Origin: an uncultured virus (IMG/VR IMGVR_UViG_2713897279_000003)
Taxonomy: Duplodnaviria; Heunggongvirae; Uroviricota; Caudoviricetes
Length of the DNA: 64,000 bases
Direction: 5' to 3' (one strand)
IMG/VR virus record: IMGVR_UViG_2713897279_000003
Shown: piece after piece, positions 11,017 through 20,778 of the stretch
How the letters are laid out: the number at the start of each line of letters is the position of its first letter
Numbering within the stretch: position 1 is the first letter of the stretch
Position numbers and translations under genes: made by a program
The notes under the pieces: generated by a model
Told to the model about the DNA's origin: nothing
Databases searched by the model: none
The model's input: only the letters and a program-made list of their open reading frames with translations

Positions 11017-11244
11017 GTGAGTGTTTTAATGTGGGCTAATATGAAAGATCAAAATGATACTATCGTTGAAAAAGTTTTTACTTTTTTTCAAAATGATCAA
11101 CCATCTAGTTTAGAAGGGAAGAAAATCATTGAAATATTATCTCAGCAGATCTCAGCTAATCCTGGGTCTGCTGAAGATATTATAGATAAACTCGCAATTA
11201 AATTTGCTGATAAACTTGAAATATTATGTGATCATTATGAATAA
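11017..11244 (+). CDS. Hypothetical protein
   Basis: 75-aa ORF directly downstream of the wHTH gene, with an RBS. Confidence 0.65.
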   Translation: MSVLMWANMKDQNDTIVEKVFTFFQNDQPSSLEGKKIIEILSQQISANPGSAEDIIDKLAIKFADKLEILCDHYE

Positions 11245-11464
11245 ACGTTATTTTTATCCTTTTAAACCGCTTTTTAAATTCATTATTAAGAATATACAGT
11301 TATAACAATTACACGGAAAAATTTTATCATTAAACGCTCGAAATGAACGTTGTCTGCTTGAAATTTATTAATTTTTATATAAAATTATTACATATTAATA
11401 AAAAACTTATAATGGATCCAGCGAGAAAAGAAAAGGATAGTCAATGAATACAAGATTATCTAAC

Positions 11465-11501
11465 AAAAAGTATACACTTTATTGAAAGTGTATACTTTTT
11501 G
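11465..11501. terminator. Bidirectional hairpin terminator
   Basis: aaaaagtatacacttt...aaagtgtatacttttt. Confidence 0.65.
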
Positions 11502-11569
11502 TGATTTCCATTTAAAATTTCCAGACTATTTATACTCAATTATACTTTTTACAGAAAAATATAATTGAG

Positions 11570-11596
11570 TATAATGCTTTATTGTAGTACGTTACA
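11570..11596 (+). promoter_or_regulatory. TATAAT followed by an operator variant
   Basis: TATAAT-gctttat-TGTAGTACGTTACA (11583-11596). Confidence 0.45.
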
Positions 11597-12025
11597 AAAA
11601 CCAAAAATAAAACTAGATTTTTCAGATTGAATTCTTGAAGAATTATTTTAATGATGATTACTATAATCTGGGCCATGAGCTTGCATAACATTACGAACAT
11701 TACCTGACGCTGTATTATCTAACTCAAGGATACGGATAACCCTAAATTACTATTTTCAATGCCTTTATATTAAACCAACCGGAATGCATTTCTTTACATA
11801 TTGTAAATCATAATTAAAAATAATTTGATTCCCAGTGACACAAGGTTTGAAAGTCCTACATCACTGATGAATTTTATATCCTGATAAAGGGCCTTTAAAA
11901 ATTCAATTCAACTAAAGCATAGTAAAAAATAGAAAAAAATATAAAAGAGCAATCCTACGATATACAAAGACGTATATCCCATGTAAGAAAATAAATAAAT
12001 TAAATGATTAGGAGTACAAAACAGA

Positions 12026-12274
12026 ATGAAGCAAATACTACAAGAAATAAAAAAAGTACCTATCGAAATATATCCTTTTTTCGAAGCACCTAATAGATAT
12101 AAATCACTAAGTCTTATGGATGGGAACGAACAATTTATTATTATTGGTACTAAAGGATATTCAGATCAAGTTGAAAGTATTGCAAAAAATGTAGGATTTA
12201 CTTACCAAATGATACAATTTAATGGTGCAGATCAAAATGAACTAAAATCTATCGCTATTACATATTACAAATAA
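12026..12274 (+). CDS. Hypothetical protein
   Basis: 82-aa ORF with an AGGAG RBS. Confidence 0.7.
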   Translation: MKQILQEIKKVPIEIYPFFEAPNRYKSLSLMDGNEQFIIIGTKGYSDQVESIAKNVGFTYQMIQFNGADQNELKSIAITYYK

Positions 12275-12294
12275 GAAAGGAAGAGTTTAGGGAC

Positions 12295-12700
12295 ATAACA
12301 CTATCAACTGTTGAACAAACAAATTTAAATACATTTAAGATACTAAATGCCCAACAATATGAGGCAGTGAACGTACTTATGGTCCTATTTTAACTTTAAC
12401 AGGATGGGAAGTAGTAAAAAGTTCTTCACAACTCGTAGATATCAAACCGGGGCATGCAATTGACTCAATAAAAATTATGACAATGGATGTATCAAAAGAA
12501 TTAGCGTTTCCTATTATATTTTAGTTGGTATAAAGTGATATTCTCTTCTCGGAAAATCCAAGGAGAAAAGCAAGAGAATTAGATATACAGCCCAAAGAAT
12601 AAAATAAGATGGCATACAAATGAGGTATAATCCTTCACGATTTCTTGAAGAAATACCAGAAAAATATGGAGAAATTCACATACTTTCTCCATATTTTTTT
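12295..12700 (+). pseudogene. pcrA: Internally deleted, frameshifted PcrA/UvrD helicase remnant
   Basis: Fragments LNAQQYEAV (Q motif), GPILTLTG..GSSK (Walker A), SIKIMTMDVSKELAFPIIFLVG (motif V) and NPSRFLEEIP (C-terminus) lie in order within ~400 bp. Confidence 0.8.
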
Positions 12701-12776
12701 GTTTTTTTAAGAGTTTCTTGCATTCTTTAACACATACGGATTATTATGATTGTAAGGAACTTTTTTCTTAAAGGAG

Positions 12777-13823
12777 ATGTTTTATATGGCTAGACCATTG
12801 CAAAATAAAGTGAATCGTGATGAATTATATAAAGAGGTTGTAAGAGAAATAGAATTGTCCCCTAATGGAGAAGCTGAGATATCCTCTTCAAATTTAGCTG
12901 ATAAATTTGGGGTTCAAGGTCCCACAATGGACTATCACTTAAGTGTTTTAGTTAAAGATGGCTCTCTACTTCTTTTAAATAGAAGAGGCAAATATAATAA
13001 AAAAATATTTACATTACCTTCAACTAACGTATCAGCAGAAAAGAAAGATACTAATCAAACAAATATTCATATTCCATTTAAATCTAAGAAATCAGAAGAA
13101 AAATTTCAAGAATTTATTCAAAACCACTTAAAGAATAAAGAGAGTTCTACGGAATCAAAGATGAGTGAAATTCATCCAGCTGATAAAGATAAACAAGAAG
13201 TTCTAATATCTGAATCAGATTTAGTTACAGATATAAATAATGTTTTTACTACTAAACAAACTAGCGAGGAAAAAGAAAGTAAAAAAGTTAATGATTTACA
13301 AGAAATTAAACAGATTATACCTGATAATGCAATCAATACTACTAATTTTCAAGTAAAAGAACTAACATTAGATGAAAAAATAGAACAATTCCTAAATAAA
13401 ACGAATCAAGTTCATACTGCTGAAAAGTTATTGAGTCATCAAGATAAAGAAATCATTTCAGTTATGAATGAAACGATTCAACAAAATATTGTTTATTTAA
13501 AAGATTTATCTGAGCAATTAACTACTGTTGAAAATAAGCAGCTGATTCAACATTTAATTGATGATCGTAACAGAATGAATAAAGAAGTAGAAAAACTGCA
13601 GAGAGAACTAGAAGAGACTAGAAAACAATCTCAACAAAATTTAGAAAAATACGAAATAGATCCAAATAGAGTACGCTTTATGCAACAAATGATTTTTGAT
13701 ACATTAGATAACTATGTAAATCAACCTAACCATGCATTAGCATTAGGAAGAACTAATTTTAGAAATAAAATATCAAAAGAGATTAACGATTTAGTTAAAT
13801 ATACTTTACATTTAGAAAAATAA
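12777..13823 (+). CDS. N-terminal winged-HTH, low-complexity linker, C-terminal coiled-coil protein
   Basis: ISSSNLADKFGVQGPTMDYHLSVLVKDG; AAGGAG RBS; terminator at 13828-13860. Confidence 0.8.
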   Translation: MFYMARPLQNKVNRDELYKEVVREIELSPNGEAEISSSNLADKFGVQGPTMDYHLSVLVKDGSLLLLNRRGKYNKKIFTLPSTNVSAEKKDTNQTNIHIPFKSKKSEEKFQEFIQNHLKNKESSTESKMSEIHPADKDKQEVLISESDLVTDINNVFTTKQTSEEKESKKVNDLQEIKQIIPDNAINTTNFQVKELTLDEKIEQFLNKTNQVHTAEKLLSHQDKEIISVMNETIQQNIVYLKDLSEQLTTVENKQLIQHLIDDRNRMNKEVEKLQRELEETRKQSQQNLEKYEIDPNRVRFMQQMIFDTLDNYVNQPNHALALGRTNFRNKISKEINDLVKYTLHLEK

Positions 13824-14314
13824 GTATTAAAGAGCTTTGAGTATTATTCTCGAGCTCTTTATTATATTTAAAAAATGTAAAGTACATATATTAGTTTCCT
13901 CTTTAAAAAGTTTTAAATCCAATTGATATCAAGTGACACGCACTGCCTTTAATATTACAGGTGGAAAATATAAAAATAAATGTGGGACTACATAATATCA
14001 TTATAACTCCCTGAAATACTAAAGATAATATAAATGAACGTCTATCAATTACTTGCGAGCTACCTTTTTCCAATAAACCCCTACGAAAATTTTATATTTG
14101 CAAATTCAATAATAGCTAATAAGTATTAAAATTCTTAAACCTAATTATATAATGATTAGCCAGACATTATTTTATCCCTATTAACTTTTGATTAAAAAGG
14201 ATAAAACAAGTACATATAAAAATACTGATTTCCGATTCACTTTCATCTATAAATATAATTTTTTCAAGAATGAATAAAGATAAGTATTTTCATAAGAAAT
14301 ACTTTTTATAAAAA

Positions 14315-14343
14315 TTGTCAAACCTCATCTTTTACTGTATAAT
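14315..14343 (+). promoter_or_regulatory. sigmaA-type promoter
   Basis: TTGTCA-17bp-TATAAT upstream of the 14377 ORF. Confidence 0.7.
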
Positions 14344-14376
14344 AATCCTATAAAAAGATAAATAGGGGGTTATTTT

Positions 14377-14925
14377 ATGAGTAGCGCAAAAGATCGAATG
14401 AGAAATATACATAGACAAGGAAATACTAATTTAACTACACCGCCACCTGTAAAAATTGATAAGGCTCCTCCAAAAATTATCCAGCAAACTCAAGGAGAGA
14501 CCACTGCAACAGTTGTAGAAGACATTGAAGAAGTAAATCTTAAGCAAGCATATGACAATATTATAGACGATATGGAAGCAAGCATTGTCCTTAGACCTAA
14601 AAAGCATATTGTAATAGATGGACGAAAAATCCCCAAAAAAGTAGCTTTATTTGCCCGAGAAGAAGGAATTGTAAATGGTTCTTATGGAAGCAAACGACTT
14701 CAAACAAGTTTTGATTGCGCAAACAAAGAAGTTCATCAATGGGCAAAAAGTTTTACTACTGAAAATCAATTTAACGGTGGCTGCTCTATTACGAAATCAG
14801 ATTTAATAGAAATATGCTTAGATACCTTTTTCTATGACTTAGGTTTAGAACCTATTGGATATGAATCTTATGAAGAATTAAGAGAAGATATCTGGAGAAA
14901 GATGAAAGAATTTAAAGATAAATAG
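14377..14925 (+). CDS. Hypothetical protein; disordered N-terminus plus possible ribbon-helix-helix-like C-terminus (partition-adaptor-like, speculative)
   Basis: 182-aa ORF; ITKSDLIEICLDTFF segment; own promoter and terminator. Confidence 0.7.
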   Translation: MSSAKDRMRNIHRQGNTNLTTPPPVKIDKAPPKIIQQTQGETTATVVEDIEEVNLKQAYDNIIDDMEASIVLRPKKHIVIDGRKIPKKVALFAREEGIVNGSYGSKRLQTSFDCANKEVHQWAKSFTTENQFNGGCSITKSDLIEICLDTFFYDLGLEPIGYESYEELREDIWRKMKEFKDK

Positions 14926-15334
14926 AAGATTTTTGTGATTCTTCTATTTACCTTTAAATATTAATTATAATAGATTAAAATACTACTGATTTAAATACTA
15001 TAAAATCACGAACTAATAATTTTTATCAATTATTAATTCGCTTTAATGAATAAAAAGGAAGACATTTATATAAAAATACCCTCAAATTAAGTACAGTATA
15101 GCCATTTTGAGCTACTGAATGTATCCTACGAATGAAATTTATGAAAGTAGTGATGCCTACTAGACTGATTATGATTCAAAACCAATCCTGATATCCCTAT
15201 ACATCATATATTTCCTCTACAAATTATAAATAGTATAAATAAAATATATTATTAGACAAGACAATAATATATCTATATAATATAATTTTACCATTATTCA
15301 AACGGTATCTAAATAAATTATTCCTAATTTCTTC

Positions 15335-15394
15335 AAACATTCACTTCCAAATACAATTGTAATGCATTACAATTGTATTTGGAAGTGAATGTTT
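15335..15394. repeat. Perfect 60-bp palindrome centred on TGTAATGCATTACA
   Basis: AAACATTCACTTCCAAATACAATTGTAATG|CATTACAATTGTATTTGGAAGTGAATGTTT, no loop and no mismatch. Confidence 0.95.
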
Positions 15395-15579
15395 TTGTAT
15401 TATAAAGTAGGTTTCGTATACCAAAAACTATAAAAAATGAATCTAACATTATTTTATTTTCAGTTTTACTTGATGACCAATCTTTCTCACGAATCCTATA
15501 TTAAATCTGGTAACATTAATCCTACTTATAGTGTACTAATAATGAAAACTACATAAAATTATTTGAGGGGGAATAACCT

Positions 15580-15810
15580 ATGAGCATGGAATACATTTCG
15601 AAAGCAATTTTTATTACAAATACTTTTGCACAAGCCCATCCGCAAGAGCACATTAATTTATGGATACAATTCGAAAAAGAAGTTCCTTACTCCAAAAGAT
15701 CTGGAGCATTTGGTACAGATAATTTAGCCTATGTTAAGTGGCTAAAAATACAAAAGAATCCTACTGTAAAACAATTCTTAACACAAAACATTATGGAATT
15801 GTCACTTTGA
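15580..15810 (+). CDS. Hypothetical protein
   Basis: 76-aa ORF with a GAGGGGG RBS. Confidence 0.75.
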   Translation: MSMEYISKAIFITNTFAQAHPQEHINLWIQFEKEVPYSKRSGAFGTDNLAYVKWLKIQKNPTVKQFLTQNIMELSL

Positions 15811-16234
15811 TAAGAGGCTACTAAAAAACCAGATACTCCTTTATCTCTTAGATAAGTTACATCATTAATTAAAGAGTAAATACCATAAGTAAAATAAAAT
15901 ACTACAGTAAGAAACTGCAATTAAAACACTATAAGCAATAAATAATGCAAGACGAGTTACACATATTCATTACAGTAATTAAACCGTTCTAATTCTTAGA
16001 TTATTAAGATAATCAAAATAAGATCTATTTATACAGCTGCTTGAAAATATTTATGAAGAATGATATTAGCAATAATTATTAACTTAATTCAGTATAAAGT
16101 ACATTAATATATCAACGCATAAAATACAGAACTAATTAAATTAAGCACTGAGAAAAAGATCAATTATTTTAAAGGTTATTCTTTATAATTTCTATACTAA
16201 ACTAAAAAGCAATTTATTTTATTTATTAGGAGCA

Positions 16235-16417
16235 GTGATATCTATGCACAAATACCGTTATGCTATAATTTGGTTAAATAAAATAGGAGAAGAGCAGATT
16301 AAATATGTTATTACTGAAAGAGAACGAAATACTATTATACAAGATCTAGCTAATGATGGCTATTCACCCGTTTGGAGAACAGTTGAATTATTTCTCAAAA
16401 AAGGTCCTCTTATTTAA
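16235..16417 (+). CDS. Small hypothetical protein
   Basis: 60-aa ORF with an AGGAG RBS. Confidence 0.65.
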   Translation: MISMHKYRYAIIWLNKIGEEQIKYVITERERNTIIQDLANDGYSPVWRTVELFLKKGPLI

Positions 16418-17666
16418 GAATCTTTTTATGAAATTTAATCTATATCCCAAATTAATTAGCCACTATGTATTAATCCCAACATATTTGGAATGTTATCCAT
16501 TTGCATAATTTTAAATAACCATAAACCCAACTTTAATTATGTAAAAATTACACATCTAATAAAATCCTTTTCTTTGTTTACATATAATAAAGAAAAGGAT
16601 TTTTATATTGAATTAAATTAAATAGTTATTCAATATAAATTACTTTTTATTTGTACATATAAATTTCAACTAAAAAGAGATCCTCTGTAATAGAGAATCT
16701 CTTTTAGGAAAATCATATATAATTCATATGACATATGTTCTGTTTCTTCATTATAATCTCTTTCTACAATTCATGCAATTATTAAAATGGATGAGCTTGA
16801 AGTAATGAAAGTATTTTTACAAATATAAAACTGTTTTTACTTAATTCTACTTATATGCAAACCTATTTATAGATAGCTCTATTTACAAGAGAAGAGAAAC
16901 TATATCAATTGGAAGACACTTGTATTTGTATACAAATACAATGCAGCGAAAAAGAAATTTCGTAAACCTAAAATCTACTAATTAAAAGAATGCAATTTAC
17001 TATGTATCTTATGTATCCGGTAAGTTTTACGACATCAAAGATAAAGCAATTGATTTGAGTAACCCTGTAAACGAAGTCAAGGATCACTATTCTCATAACC
17101 ATGGATACTATTATGAAACAAAACTTGAATCATTGGGTGATACAGCTTTGGAAATAGTTTTGAAAGAGATTCACAACAAAGCTCTGAAAAAAGCCTCTAC
17201 AGATGATGCTCCAAATTGAAAAGAGAAAACAATGACTTATGTTAATAAGAGTAAATTCTTTAGATTAAAATTCAAAAAATATAATCAATTCAAAATAAAT
17301 GAAGAATGACTCAATAAGCTTGCAAAGAAGTCCATCTGCTCAACAAGACGATCGAAAGGGAGATACTTCCTTTGAGTTTTTATATTTACTTTTCTGTATA
17401 TAATTAATAGGGAAGATATATATTTTTTGTAGCATGCTATAATTTCTTATTTTGTCTCAAAATACAAGATTACTTTTTGTTTTGAGATGAAACATTTTCA
17501 TAAGAAATACTTTTTACATTAATACAAAATAATGTTTTATAATCAATATATTTTTACATAATTATATATAGTTTTTTTCATTTATACATAGCTTATATTT
17601 ATACTTAATATCTCATAATTATAAGTAATGTTAACTCCATGAGATGGAAATTTATTACATTATACA

Positions 17667-17694
17667 ACTACCTATAATATATCTTATGTAAACT
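17667..17694 (+). other. dif: dif-like XerC/XerD (CodV/RipX) recombination site
   Basis: ACTACCTATAA-TATATC-TTATGTAAACT has the 11-6-11 structure and closely matches the Bacillus dif (ACTTCCTAGAATATATATTATGTAAACT). Confidence 0.85.
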
Positions 17695-19033
17695 AATTAA
17701 AAGTTAGTGAAAAAAAACAGTAAAACCCTCCTGTTCATCAGGAAGGTTTTTTTGTCTTATGCACACTTTATAAGTGAAACTGATCTTATGAATTGAAATG
17801 AATGTCGCATGTTATAACCTATAACATGCGACTAATCAGAGCGTCCTCTGATGTATCGATACTTTATCATTATACTAAAAATACGACTAGATATCAATTT
17901 GAATATCATATGTAACTGACGTAGCATAATTCTCGTAAAAAAATAACTCCACATCATGATTTCCTATATTTTCATGGTTTTAATATAGCTCCCCTTTATT
18001 ATGATTAGATTTGGTACATAAATGTTTAAACTTAGAATGAAGGCATTATTTTTTTGCTATCTATTGGTTTAATGTTTCTGTTACTAGCTTAAGAAAGTTC
18101 TTCATAAAAGCTTGAATAATCAATATAGTTTTAATTTCATTAAAATTATTGTTTTCTTCTATTAAAATAGGGTGCTTAAAAGCAGTGAATTATCCACTAC
18201 TTCGTAGTTCTTACTGGTTTAGTTAAAGTAGTGATTTTTCGACTAGTCGTTGCTTTTCGTTAAAAAATCCATTCTCGAATAATTAACCATAGCTTTTTTC
18301 CAAAGGCTATTTTATCAAAAATTATAAGCATCTAATATGTTGTATGGATTCCTTTCTGATGTTGAATAACTTCTTTATATTTTCGATTTATTATCAATCC
18401 ATAAAAATACCTAGTGTACTTATCTTATTTCATTGTTATCTCAAGCTCTCATCTCTTAAAACTAATTATATCAAAGTCAAAATTCATCCTTAATTTATTG
18501 TTGAATGATTATCCTTTATATACTTGAGGGGAAAGAATTTTCTAGAATAGTACATTTAATTCATGTATAGATGCTATTCTAATGTTACATTTTCATCAAT
18601 AAATAATATACTATAGGTTTAGCTCTATCTAATTTTAAATATGATATTTATGAGGATATATCATATCTAGGAAATATGTCGTATCGTTTAAGAGACATAC
18701 TTATTTTTAAAATAAATGCCATTGAAAATGTTCTGTCTATACTTAGGATACGTCAGGGATTAGTCCCTAATTTAGGATGCTTAAAATCTTTTACCATTAG
18801 CTACTAGATATCCTTCCGAACCAAATAAAAATTGTACAAAAGGCATTAAAATAAAAAATAATATTTAGCTTCATTTACCTATCTACTGTTTTAACTTCAA
18901 TGACTAATGTACAATCCCCCTTTGGAGGCACTGAAGGCTCCAGGTTTTATCAAATATATACCTAAAGACGATCTTATATATAATAAATAACAGTGTAAAA
19001 TAGATTGATTTTTCTTTTCCTTATTTAAGGCTA

Positions 19034-19210
19034 TTATTTCTTATTAGAGAAACTCCCTCTATGCAAAAATCTTAATAATTCGTTATAGTGATTGCACTCA
19101 TTTTCATTGAGTTCATTAACTGTTAACTCCTTCACCGAACCGTCTATATAGACTCCTACAGGTATATAATCATTATTCTTTCCTTTAATTCCTATTGCAA
19201 TTCGAATCAT
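19034..19210 (-). CDS. Small hypothetical protein (58 aa)
   Basis: MIRIAIGIKGKNNDYIPVGVYIDGSVKEL...; GGAGGA RBS. Confidence 0.55.
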   Translation of the reverse strand: MIRIAIGIKGKNNDYIPVGVYIDGSVKELTVNELNENECNHYNELLRFLHRGSFSNKK

Positions 19211-19362
19211 GTAATCCTCCTTGATGAATTTTAATATTATCTATATATAAATACGACATTTTGTATTGTGTTTTCATTTTCCCTAACAAGGTAAACTTAT
19301 ATTATAGGCGCACACCTCTATAATAATAACCTTGTCATCTACTTATATTAAACTCTCCCTTG

Positions 19363-19488
19363 TTACTCAGTATCTGTCATAATTTCCTCATCATATGTAA
19401 TTAAAATCTCTTCAATTCTTTCTAAGCTGGTTTCTAAGATTTGTTCTACCATGATAAGTTGTTGAGTTGTTTGAAATAAAGTAGACAT
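19363..19488 (-). pseudogene. SOS-regulated 41-aa ORF, probably a truncated YolD-like protein
   Basis: EQILETSLERIEEILITYDEE resembles the B. cereus-group YolD-like EEILITYYE segment; AAGGGG RBS; LexA box upstream. Confidence 0.55.
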
Positions 19489-19512
19489 GTAAAAAATTCC
19501 CCTTTCGAAAGT

Positions 19513-19566
19513 CGAACTTACGTTCTTATGTGAATTTATTATAATCCAATATCCTTATTTAGTCAA
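19513..19566 (-). promoter_or_regulatory. sigmaA promoter with a LexA (SOS) box
   Basis: Minus strand TTGACT-17bp-TATAAT (19566-19538), followed by the GAAC-N4-GTTC box CGAACTTACGTTCT (19513-19526). Confidence 0.8.
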
Positions 19567-19981
19567 TTTAATTGCCAAATTTATTATAACAGTATGAACA
19601 ATTAATCAGTGCAATATATTATTAAAAGAATATATATATAATTTTTTGTAATTAGTTAAAATATTTATAATATAGAAATATTTTAACGCTTATATATTTT
19701 TTTCTTCCCTTACTAAAAATTGTATTTTTAAAACTACAATAATAGATAACCCATTTCTTCAATCTAAATAACACTAATTTGAAGTTGTATCGAAATCCCT
19801 TAATATATTAGCTCATATATCTTTACCTTTTTATGGTAATTTTAAGTTTTCTATGAAGAATGTATGCTTTTAGTGTTTTGGTCAAAAATCATTGTTTATT
19901 TTGTTAAAGAAAATTTCTTCATTTAACTATTCACTCTTTATATTTAATAATAAAAAAATATGATTAAATTCTTTTTGATTC

Positions 19982-20243
19982 GGTATCAAAATTTGACGGG
20001 GGTCCGCCAAATTTTGATAGGCGAGTTTTCACCCATCAAAATTTGATGGGTGATTTTCTGGGGATAAACGCATTCTGCTGTTGATAAATAATAAAAAAAT
20101 TTATTATTTTAGGGTATCAAATTTTGATAGGCGAGGGTATCAAATTTTGATAGGCTGGTTGTAAAAAAATGGATATACGGGTATCAAATTCTGATAGGCG
20201 GCGTATCAAATTTTGATGGGCAAGGGTATCAGAATTTGATACG
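19982..20243. repeat. Replication origin: 8 palindromic iterons (consensus GGTATCAAATTTTGATAGG) plus two DnaA-box-like sites
   Basis: Copies at ~19982, 20004, 20032, 20112, 20135, 20179, 20201 and 20224, mostly 22-23 bp apart within clusters. TTATCCCCA (20059-67) and TTATCAACA (20079-87) lie on the minus strand. An AT-rich tract flanks them and they lie downstream of rep. Confidence 0.85.
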
Positions 20244-20441
20244 CCGATAACAACGGGGTCATCCATTAAGTATAAATGATGTGAATGTTCCGATAATTTT
20301 TATGATGAGTATGTAGAGATGAACTCTCTTACACGAATAGTTTTAACTACTTAAATTAGTGCATAATAATAAAAGACGAGATGCTGGAAACATCCCGTCT
20401 GATATATAAATTCTACCGTTAGGTGGTAGGTTGCAAAAAGT

Positions 20442-20611
20442 TTATTTTCGTTTTGAATTACATTTATTACGTTTGGCTGACGTGGAGGTGGTTCTTTTAC
20501 GTTGATTACTGCCTTTTACAAGCTTATTTGCATAAGCAGTTACAAAAGTTGTTATGAATACTGTTACGAATAATTTCGTAGCATTCTGCAATATTTGTAG
20601 TGAAAATCCAT
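20442..20611 (-). pseudogene. Small hydrophobic/basic peptide (type I toxin-like), 1-bp frameshift
   Basis: AAGGAG RBS then ATGGATTTTCACTA. One extra T would give MDFSLQILQNATKLFVTVFITTFVTAYANKLVKG...KRK (one TM plus a basic tail). A 3' hairpin lies at 20372-20400. Confidence 0.55.
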
Positions 20612-20778
20612 ATCGGTTACAACTCCTTTTTCCCTTGAAATCAGAGAAAGAAAGGATACAATCTCCCACCACACGTCTTCAGTTACTAGTTCTATTATAC
20701 TATCCCCTTCAGTAATCGAGTTGAAAATAGTTAGAATAAAGAAATGAAATTTGGCTATAAAAAAAGAAGAGTGAAATC

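Noticed and set aside
19982..20243. Repeats as a CRISPR array
   Set aside because: Gaps between copies are mostly 2-4 bp or irregular, there are no unique 30-40 bp spacers and no cas genes, and the position next to rep fits iterons.
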